A stretch of DNA of 64,000 nt. Origin: a bacterium. Lineage in GTDB: Bacteria; Krumholzibacteriota; Krumholzibacteriia; LZORAL124-64-63. Within the stretch, counting starts at the first letter, position 1. Each line of letters starts with the position of its first letter. The notes below the pieces were generated by a model. The model was not told the origin of the DNA and made no database searches. It saw nothing but the letters and a program-made list of their open reading frames with translations. The position numbers and the translations under genes were made by a program. The stretch covers positions 3,351,056 to 3,415,055 of the forward strand of contig JADJQR010000001.1 in NCBI GenBank assembly GCA_016712675.1. Direction: 5' to 3'. Positions 27,198 through 34,785 of this stretch are shown piece by piece.

Positions 27198-28148
27198 CTA
27201 CCTGCCGGAATCTCCCGGCATCTTCTTGATCACGCTGGTGGCCAGCGCGATCATGCTGCCGATATCCGACAGGTTGGCCGGCAGCACCAGCGTGTTGCCC
27301 GCCTTGGCCAGCTTGCCGAACTCGGCCACGTACTGCTCGGCCACCCGCAACTGCATGGCCTCGTTGCCGCCCTGGCTGCTGATGGCAACCGCGACCTGCC
27401 GCAGGCCCTCGGCCGTCGCCGTGGCCACGGCCAGGATGGCCTCGGCCTCGCCCTGTGCCTCGTTGATCTGCCGCTGCCGCGTGGCCTCGGACTCCTTGAT
27501 CACCCGCTGCTTTTCGCCCTCGGCGCGGTTGATCTGCGCATCGCGCTCGCCCTCGCTGGCCAGGATCGTCGCGCGCTTCTCGCGCTCGGCGCGCATCTGC
27601 TTCTCCATGGCGCCGAGGATGTCGCGCGGCGGGTTGATGTTCTTGATCTCGTAGCGAAGCACCTTCACGCCCCACGGCTCGGACGCCTTGTCCAGTTCCT
27701 GCACGACCTGCTGGTTGATCGCCGCCCGCTCCTCGAACGTGCGGTCCAGGTCGATCTTGCCGATCTCGCTGCGCAGCGTGGTCTGTGCCAGCTGCGCGAT
27801 GGCGAAGTGGAAGTCCGCGATGCCGTACGAGGCCCGCTGCGGGTCCAGGACCTTCAGGTACAGCACGCCGTCCACGCCCACCTGCACGTTGTCGCGCGTG
27901 ATGCAGACCTGCTCGGCGATGTCCGTGGCGATCTCCTTCAGGCTGTGCCGATAGGCGACCTTCTCCACGAACGGCACCAGGATGTGGAACCCGGCCTGTA
28001 TGGTCTTGCGGTACTTGCCAAGGTACTCGACCACGAAGGCCGACTGCTGCGGCACGACGATCGCGGTCCGCGCGATCACGATCAGCACCAGCAGCACGAT
28101 GGCTCCCACGGCGATCATCGTCGGCATGTTCTCTCCCCCGAAGTTCAT
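27198..28148 (-). CDS. SPFH/band-7 family protein (stomatin/paraslipin-like)
   Basis: N-terminal TM plus SPFH core (VPQQSAFVVEYLGKY...TRDNVQV...EIKNINPP) and coiled-coil tail; overlaps nfeD by 4 nt. Confidence 0.8.
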   Translation of the reverse strand: MNFGGENMPTMIAVGAIVLLVLIVIARTAIVVPQQSAFVVEYLGKYRKTIQAGFHILVPFVEKVAYRHSLKEIATDIAEQVCITRDNVQVGVDGVLYLKVLDPQRASYGIADFHFAIAQLAQTTLRSEIGKIDLDRTFEERAAINQQVVQELDKASEPWGVKVLRYEIKNINPPRDILGAMEKQMRAEREKRATILASEGERDAQINRAEGEKQRVIKESEATRQRQINEAQGEAEAILAVATATAEGLRQVAVAISSQGGNEAMQLRVAEQYVAEFGKLAKAGNTLVLPANLSDIGSMIALATSVIKKMPGDSGR

Positions 28149-28576
28149 GATTCGCTCCTAACGTGAAGCGTCAGACCGTCCACCCTCGTGACGACGCAAC
28201 GGCCCCCGGCCGGCAGGTCGTCGCCCCCCCCATTGACCGCGTCCCATTCCGTCCCGCGCAGGACGACACGACCGCGGGCACCGACCGCGATCCCGTCACG
28301 CGCGAACCCCGCCTCCCCTTCCAGGTCGGGCGTCAGTTCGCGGTCGACCTGCGACAGCCGGCTCTTCCACCGCCGCCGATACACCGAAAGGCCGGCCACC
28401 GCGAGCAGCGCGAACAGGAGCCATTGCGCCCAGGCCGGCAGTGCGACGCCGACCAGGCCCATTCCACCCACCAGCAGCGCCGCCAGTCCGAAGAACACGA
28501 GATAGAAATCGGCGGCGATGATGACTTCCGCCACGAGTAGCACGGCGCCGAGCGCGATCCAGAACCACCAGGCCAT
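28145..28576 (-). CDS. NfeD-family membrane protein (stomatin operon partner)
   Basis: 143 aa, three TM helices then a short soluble C-terminal domain; classic NfeD-stomatin pairing. Confidence 0.7.
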   Translation of the reverse strand: MAWWFWIALGAVLLVAEVIIAADFYLVFFGLAALLVGGMGLVGVALPAWAQWLLFALLAVAGLSVYRRRWKSRLSQVDRELTPDLEGEAGFARDGIAVGARGRVVLRGTEWDAVNGGGDDLPAGGRCVVTRVDGLTLHVRSES

Positions 28577-28666
28577 GACTCCCCCTTCCCTTCGCAGGCA
28601 CCCAGGCGATGCTACGCGCGCACGCCGGACACGTCAACCGGAGCCACTACCCCGCAAGGTGTCGTA

Positions 28667-30211
28667 CTATTCGGGGCGGGAGGCGGTTTCGCGGAGAGCG
28701 GCCTTGAGGACCTTGCCCGCCGAATTGCGCGGCAGGGCGGCCACAAAGCGCACGCGGCGGGGCATCTTGTACGCGGCCAGCGACAAGGCGCAGTGGCGCA
28801 GCAGCAGTTTCTCGTCGGCGAAGGACCGCTCATGGGGCACGACCCACGCCTCGATCGCCTCACCCAGGAGCTCGTCGGGCACGCCGATGACACACGCTTC
28901 GGCCACGGCCGGATGTCGCAGCAGCGTCGCCTCGATCTCGAGGGAGCCGACGCGGTTGGCCCCGGCCTTGATCATGTTGCGGAGGCGATCGACGACGTAG
29001 AGAAAGCCATCCTCGTCGCGGTAGGCGACATCACCGGTGCGGAGTCCGTCCTGGCCCAGCACGGCGGCGGACTCGGCCGGGGCGTTCCAGTAGCCGCGCA
29101 TGACGTTCGGGCCGGCCGCGACGATCTCGCCCGGCTCGTGGACATCGCATTCGCTACCGTCCGGCCTTCGTACCGTCAAGGTGACGCCCGGTATGGCAAG
29201 GCCGATCGAACCGTACTTGTCGCGCAACCTGTCGGGCGGGACCGAAGCGAGCCGGGCGGACGCTTCCGTCTGGCCATACATGACGTGAACGTCGATGCGC
29301 GCGGGCAGGGCCTCGCGTATCATCCGCGCAAGCTCGGGCGACATGGCGCCACCGGCCTGCGTCAGGTAGCGAAGGTGCTCGTGGCGACGCAGCAGGAAGT
29401 CGGTCCGGGCGCAGAGAATCGCGTAGTGGCTGGGCACACCGGAGAACCCGGTGCAGCGCTCGTCCGCGAGGGTCGCCAACACCTGCTGGGGAAAGGCGAA
29501 GCGGTTGTCGACCACGACGCGCCCGCCGCAGCGAACGTGCGTCAGGAGCAGCGAGTTCCCGAAGCTGTAGTGGAAGGGCAGGATGCAGCAGACGCTGTCG
29601 TCGGACCTCAACCGCAGGTAGGCCAGGATCTGGTGCGTGTTGGCGACCAGGTTTCCGTGGCTCAACATCACGCCCCGCGGCGCACCCGTCGACCCGCTCG
29701 TGTACAGGATCAGGGCCAGATCATCCGGACCCACCGTGCCGGCGTCCGTCACCGGCGCCGCCGCCAGGGCGTTCCCCGCGCTGACGAACGTCGCGCCGGT
29801 GGCCGACGCACACACCGGAGCCGTGCCCTCCAGCACGACCAGACGCAGTGCCGGGCACGCCGCCACGTAGCACGCAGGGTCCGGCACGTGGCGATCCCGC
29901 GACCAGAGGGCAACGGCACCACTGTCTCGCAGCAGCTCGAGTTGGGTCTGGCCACCGTTGGCGTGGTTGAGCGCGACGCAGCAGGCTCCGGCACGCAGGA
30001 TGCCGAAGTAGGCCGTGACGTACTCCCGTGAATTCTCCAGGAGCAGCGCGACCCGGTCGCCGTGCCTGACGCCCGCGTCACGAAGGAACCCCGCCACTCT
30101 CGCACTGTCGTCGACCAGCGATGCGTAATCGACATGGCGCCCTTCGTGGGAGAGCGCGACCGCGCCGGGCATCCGAGCGGCGGCATCCAGCAGCATGCGG
30201 TGGACGGTCAC
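28667..30211 (-). CDS. AMP-forming acyl-CoA/acyl-ACP ligase (adenylate-forming enzyme)
   Basis: AMP-binding signature ILYTSGSTGAPRGVMLSHGNL; 514 aa; last gene of a four-gene cassette. Confidence 0.8.
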   Translation of the reverse strand: MTVHRMLLDAAARMPGAVALSHEGRHVDYASLVDDSARVAGFLRDAGVRHGDRVALLLENSREYVTAYFGILRAGACCVALNHANGGQTQLELLRDSGAVALWSRDRHVPDPACYVAACPALRLVVLEGTAPVCASATGATFVSAGNALAAAPVTDAGTVGPDDLALILYTSGSTGAPRGVMLSHGNLVANTHQILAYLRLRSDDSVCCILPFHYSFGNSLLLTHVRCGGRVVVDNRFAFPQQVLATLADERCTGFSGVPSHYAILCARTDFLLRRHEHLRYLTQAGGAMSPELARMIREALPARIDVHVMYGQTEASARLASVPPDRLRDKYGSIGLAIPGVTLTVRRPDGSECDVHEPGEIVAAGPNVMRGYWNAPAESAAVLGQDGLRTGDVAYRDEDGFLYVVDRLRNMIKAGANRVGSLEIEATLLRHPAVAEACVIGVPDELLGEAIEAWVVPHERSFADEKLLLRHCALSLAAYKMPRRVRFVAALPRNSAGKVLKAALRETASRPE

Positions 30212-30214
30212 CGG

Positions 30215-31267
30215 CTACTCCCCGACTCCCGGTGTGTCCTGCCGTTCCCACGGCGGGCCCGGATCCACCGGCTTGACCAGCACCGGCGGCAGGTGCAGGT
30301 AGGCAGCCACGGCGCGCTTGCGTTCGATGTCGCGATAGACGCGCTCGACCTGAACCGGCTGCAGGGCGAGCGCAGCCGCAGCGTCGGCCGCGGGCACGGC
30401 ATGGCTCCTGGCCCACAGGAGCAGGTCCATTTCGCGATAGGGCAGCGCGAAGTAGAATTCGGTCTGCGTCTGCGGCAGGCTGAACGTATCGGTGGTCGGC
30501 TCGGCACCGCAGATCTCCTCCGGCAGGTCCAGGTGCCGAGCCAGGGCATAGACCTGGGTCTTGTACAGGTGCGCGATGGGCTTCACGTCGGCGGACCCGT
30601 CACCGTTCTTGACGAAGAAGCCCTGGTCGTACTCCAGCCGGTTCGGCGTGCCGGCCACGGCGTAGCGGAGCCGGTCGGCATGGAAGTACTCCAGGGTCTT
30701 GCGGACGCGCTGCTTGAAATTGGTCGTTGCCACCAGTTCGAGGTACACGTCCGCGGTCAGGCGCACGGTCGATTCGGCGCCACCCGGCGCGCGCACGACC
30801 AACTGCGAGACGTTGACGCGATCGGAGTCCAGGACGTCACCGGGCAACACCAGCTTGCTGCGCCAGCCTTCACCGTAATTGGGCATGACCCGCCGAACGG
30901 CCGCGTCGTAGCGCCGATAGCAGCCCAGCGCCGCGAGCGCCGGCGCGACGTCCTCGACGACACGGGCCACTCCGAGCGCGTCGGCCAGCAGCAGGCCGCG
31001 GCGCGTGCTGTCCGGGTCGGAATGCCGCTCCGGCATCAGCAACGCGAACACGCGCCCGGGTCCGAGCGCACGCACGGCCAATGCGCAGGTGACCGAGCTG
31101 TCGATGCCGCCGCTGACGGCGACCACGACGCCGCGACAGCGCAGGCGCTTCTGGACGATGTCGCGCAGACGCACGCTGATCTCGTGCACCTCACCCGCCG
31201 GGTCGAGGTCAAGGACGCTGCGGTCGAACACGCTGATCCCCTCCGCCCGGCTGCGCCGGACCGCCAC
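30215..31267 (-). CDS. NAD+ synthetase (NadE)-like N-type ATP pyrophosphatase
   Basis: PP-loop VVAVSGGIDSSV and NadE-like C-terminal region (KPIAHLYKTQVYALARHLDLP...TDTFSLPQTQTE). Confidence 0.7.
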   Translation of the reverse strand: MAVRRSRAEGISVFDRSVLDLDPAGEVHEISVRLRDIVQKRLRCRGVVVAVSGGIDSSVTCALAVRALGPGRVFALLMPERHSDPDSTRRGLLLADALGVARVVEDVAPALAALGCYRRYDAAVRRVMPNYGEGWRSKLVLPGDVLDSDRVNVSQLVVRAPGGAESTVRLTADVYLELVATTNFKQRVRKTLEYFHADRLRYAVAGTPNRLEYDQGFFVKNGDGSADVKPIAHLYKTQVYALARHLDLPEEICGAEPTTDTFSLPQTQTEFYFALPYREMDLLLWARSHAVPAADAAAALALQPVQVERVYRDIERKRAVAAYLHLPPVLVKPVDPGPPWERQDTPGVGE

Positions 31268-31270
31268 CGC

Positions 31271-31525
31271 TCACGCCGCCGTCGCGCGCCGGCGTTCGAC
31301 GTACGCCACCAGATTGTCCACCGAGTCCAGGTTCTGCGGGACCAGATCCGAATCCGGCACCTGGAGCCCGAGCCGCGATTCGAGAAAGGCGACCAGATCC
31401 ATGACGCCGAGGGAGTCCATGATCCCGTTGTCGAGCAGCGACAGGTCGTCACTCCCCAGTCGGGTGTCGTCGCCGAACAGGAAGTTCTCGACGACGAAAT
31501 CGCGGATCATCGATCTCAGTTCCAT
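31271..31525 (-). CDS. Acyl carrier protein
   Basis: 84 aa from the internal ATG at 31525 (MELRSMIRDF...); phosphopantetheine-attachment motif LDNGIMDSLGVMDLVAFLE. Its start overlaps the AsnB-like stop by about 10 nt. Confidence 0.7.
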   Translation of the reverse strand: MELRSMIRDFVVENFLFGDDTRLGSDDLSLLDNGIMDSLGVMDLVAFLESRLGLQVPDSDLVPQNLDSVDNLVAYVERRRATAA

Positions 31526-33549
31526 CGTGTGACTCCTTGTCCCTCCATCATCCACACGACCTGCCCCGGCTGCAATCGCGTCGCCGCTGCGTGCGAGGCG
31601 AATCCGGTTCCGAACTCGCGCTGCAGCATGCGGCCGCTGAGGACCGCGATGAAAGCCGCGTCGTCGCGCTGACCGAGCCCGCGCCCGGTGCGCCATTTCC
31701 GCACGAGGGCCGTCACACGGTCCCGGTCCCACATCTCCCAGCCCGGCCCATCGGCCAGCAGGTGGTCCTCCACGATAGCCCGTCCGACATCGCCGGCGAA
31801 CGAGGCACTACCTGGGGCGCGGTACGGGTGCTTGCCGCGTCCACTGATGGCGGCGGGCACCAACCCGGCCGCCGCACTGCGCAGCATCGCCTTCTCGGCC
31901 AGGGTGGGCAACTTGGCCGAAACCGGGATGCTTGCCGCGAACTCGACCAGTTCGTGATCCAGGTACGGGAAGCGCCCCTCGACCGCGTTGGCCATCAGCA
32001 TGCGATCGCCCTGCGACGCCAACAGGTAGCCCGACATGAAGACGGCCATTTCCAGATACTGGCACCGGGCCACGGTACCCCAGCCGGCGAAGGCCTCCGG
32101 CAGCGATGCCAGCAATCGGGCCTCGGCGGCTCCCCCGGCGAACTCCCGGCGGGCCTCCTCGGCCAGGAAACCCGCGGCTCCGTTTCGCCAGCGGGGACGA
32201 TGGGAATACAGCGGATCGTCCGTCCGCGTCAGTCCGTGCCCATAGAAGGCCCGGAGCATCGCCGGCGGCGGCAGCTCCTGGAACGCGTGCAGACGGGCCA
32301 GGAGGGCCGGTCGCAGCTCCGAGTCCGGCTGTCGGCTCCAGAACGCGCGCAGCTTCGCCTCGCGGTGGATATCGTAGCCGACGAACACCTCGTCGGCGCC
32401 CTCGCCGGTCAGGACGACCCGGCGTTCGTCCGCATGCACGGCACCGCTGAGGACGAGCAGGGGCGCCGGAGCCGTACGCGGCAGCGGGGTCTCTGCGTGC
32501 CACGTCGCCTGGACCAGGCGTGCGGCAATCAGTTCCGCGTCCGCGACGACGCCGTGGTGGTCGACACCGAGGTGTTCCACCATGACCGCCTGCCACCTGC
32601 GTTCGTCGTAGCCCTCCCGCTCGAATCCGAGCCCATATGTGCGCAGGCCGTCACCGGTCTGCCGGCGCGCCATCGCGGCAATGACCGCGGAATCCAGACC
32701 GCCGGACAGGTATGACGCCACCGGCACGTCCGCGCGCAGGCGCAAGGTGACGGCACGAGCCAGGCGCTCCCGCAGTTCGGTGACCAGTGCCAGGCGTTCG
32801 CGGGCGGGGACGAAGCGTCGATCCTCAGCCGCGGGCAGGAACGAGGGGGCCCAGTACCGGTGCGCCTCGAGGCAGCCGGGCAGCGACCCCGCCGCCTGCT
32901 CACCGGCGTGACCGCGGCGCACCAGCGCCCAGTGGCCCGGCGGTAGCTGCGCGACGCCCCGGAAGCAGGTGGCGGGCGCGATGTTCGCCCAGTACGCAAG
33001 CACCTCGGCGAACCCCGCGGGGTCGGGCTGCAGGACGAAGCCCGGATAGCCCCCGAGGGCTTTCGCTTCCGAGGCGAACAGGAGACACCCGCCATGGGTC
33101 GCGACGAAGAGCGGACAGATGCCGAACCGGTCGCGGGCCAGAAACAGATCCCCGCGCGGCGCATCCCAGATCGCGATGGCGAACTGCCCATTGAAGCGTT
33201 CGACGCAACGCGGGCCCCAGGCCTGCCAGGCGTTGAGGATGACTTCGGTGTCGCTTCGGGTCCGGAAGGCGAGGCCCAGATCCTCCAGTTCGCGGCGCAG
33301 CTCGAGGTAGTTGAAGACCTCGCCATTGTAGGCGATGTGGCAGCGTCCGCTGCCCGCGGTCATCGGCTGCGCGCCGTCGGTGGGATCGATGATCGCCAGA
33401 CGCGCATGGCCCAGGAACACGCGATCGTCGCGCCAGGCGCCGAAGCCGTCGGGACCACGGTGCCGCAGCAGCCCGATCATGGCGGCAGGCACGTCTGTCG
33501 GCAATTCGAGCCGACCGTCCAGCGCCAGGACCCCGCAGACACCGCACAT
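31516..33549 (-). CDS. Asparagine synthetase family glutamine amidotransferase (AsnB-like)
   Basis: Start placed so the protein begins MCGVCGV (N-terminal nucleophile Cys2); PP-loop SYLSGGLDSAV in the synthetase domain; GGGAGGTGA RBS upstream. Confidence 0.8.
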   Translation of the reverse strand: MCGVCGVLALDGRLELPTDVPAAMIGLLRHRGPDGFGAWRDDRVFLGHARLAIIDPTDGAQPMTAGSGRCHIAYNGEVFNYLELRRELEDLGLAFRTRSDTEVILNAWQAWGPRCVERFNGQFAIAIWDAPRGDLFLARDRFGICPLFVATHGGCLLFASEAKALGGYPGFVLQPDPAGFAEVLAYWANIAPATCFRGVAQLPPGHWALVRRGHAGEQAAGSLPGCLEAHRYWAPSFLPAAEDRRFVPARERLALVTELRERLARAVTLRLRADVPVASYLSGGLDSAVIAAMARRQTGDGLRTYGLGFEREGYDERRWQAVMVEHLGVDHHGVVADAELIAARLVQATWHAETPLPRTAPAPLLVLSGAVHADERRVVLTGEGADEVFVGYDIHREAKLRAFWSRQPDSELRPALLARLHAFQELPPPAMLRAFYGHGLTRTDDPLYSHRPRWRNGAAGFLAEEARREFAGGAAEARLLASLPEAFAGWGTVARCQYLEMAVFMSGYLLASQGDRMLMANAVEGRFPYLDHELVEFAASIPVSAKLPTLAEKAMLRSAAAGLVPAAISGRGKHPYRAPGSASFAGDVGRAIVEDHLLADGPGWEMWDRDRVTALVRKWRTGRGLGQRDDAAFIAVLSGRMLQREFGTGFASHAAATRLQPGQVVWMMEGQGVTRWN

Positions 33550-33877
33550 GCCAATCACCTCCCGCCGCGATCCCGGTCTGCCGACGCGGACAACCCGGGT
33601 CCAGGCGCCGCCACCGACGGGGGCGACCCCGATACCCGGAACCCGCTACCTCTGCTGGCCTTTCATCGACCGCGGCGACCGGCGCTTGAGAACGTGCCAC
33701 CTCGGTACGGCGGGGGATCCCGGCGGCGTCTCATGGCGGTTGCCGTGACGCCCCCCGCGCTGCTACCATCGAGAGAGAGCGAACGGGGTCGCCCGCCTCC
33801 GCCGCCGACAAGCCCCGTCGCGGCGAAGGTGGTGACCGGAATGGGTCCAACCTCCAGAGCAACGGACATCGGGGACC

Positions 33878-34690
33878 ATGATCACATACCTACCCCGTCA
33901 CCTGGCTGCCGCCGGGTGCCTGGCGGCACTTCTGGCCGTTGCCTGTCGGATCGAAGCGCAGGGGGACCGCATGACCGGCATTGCCACGGTAACCGAGGCG
34001 CAGTGGCAGGCTGTTGCCGCCCGGCGCGTGATTTTCGCCCACCAATCTGTCGGGCGCAACATCCTCGAGGGGCTGCGGGCCCTGGACGGCGGCTCGCGCC
34101 TGGCGATCGCCGAGACGCGCTCGCCGACGACCGGGCCGGGCATCTTCCACTTCGCCGTCGGCCGCAACGGCGATCCCCTGGGCAAGGTGAGTGACTTCGC
34201 GAGCGCCATCGACACGGGTGCCGCTGGCGACATCGCGCTGCTCAAGCTCTGCTACGTCGATTTCTCGCACGGCGCCGACCCACTGGCGGTTGCGCAAGCC
34301 TACGGGGACACGCTCGACAATTTGGCGGCGCGGCACCCCGCGATGACGTTCGTCGCGGTCACCGTGCCACTGACCACGGTGCAGGGGGGAGCCAAGGCGT
34401 TCGTCAAGAAGCTGCTCGGTCGCGAGCCCACCGGCTTCACCGAGAACGCCCGGCGGCAGGTGTTCAACGACGCCTTGCGCAGCCGCAGCCACTCCGGCCG
34501 CCCGCTGTTCGACCTGGCCACCATCGAGGCTGGCGACTGCAGGAGCAGCTACGGCGGGCAGTCGATCCAGTATCTGGACCCGGATCTGACGAGCGACGGC
34601 GGCCATCTCAACGAACAGGGCGCGCGACGGGCTGCGGCAGCGCTCGTGGCGTTCCTGGCCGACCTGGACGCCGCGTCCGGGGCCCGTTAG
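33878..34690 (+). CDS. Secreted hydrolase-like protein, possibly SGNH-fold
   Basis: Signal peptide; C-terminal DGGHLNEQG resembles the SGNH block V D-x-x-H; the other blocks are weak. Confidence 0.4.
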   Translation: MITYLPRHLAAAGCLAALLAVACRIEAQGDRMTGIATVTEAQWQAVAARRVIFAHQSVGRNILEGLRALDGGSRLAIAETRSPTTGPGIFHFAVGRNGDPLGKVSDFASAIDTGAAGDIALLKLCYVDFSHGADPLAVAQAYGDTLDNLAARHPAMTFVAVTVPLTTVQGGAKAFVKKLLGREPTGFTENARRQVFNDALRSRSHSGRPLFDLATIEAGDCRSSYGGQSIQYLDPDLTSDGGHLNEQGARRAAAALVAFLADLDAASGAR

Positions 34691-34785
34691 GGATCGAGGC
34701 CCCCCACGGGGGCATGGCCCTCGGCGACCCGGCGTGCACCGCACGCCGCGGTCCAAGCCACCGCCGCTCCCGATTTCCGCTGCGC

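Noticed and set aside
34695-34723. Imperfect GC-rich hairpin between the convergent hydrolase-like and cytochrome genes
   Set aside because: Stem is interrupted and there is no U-tract; too weak to call as a terminator without a folding calculation.
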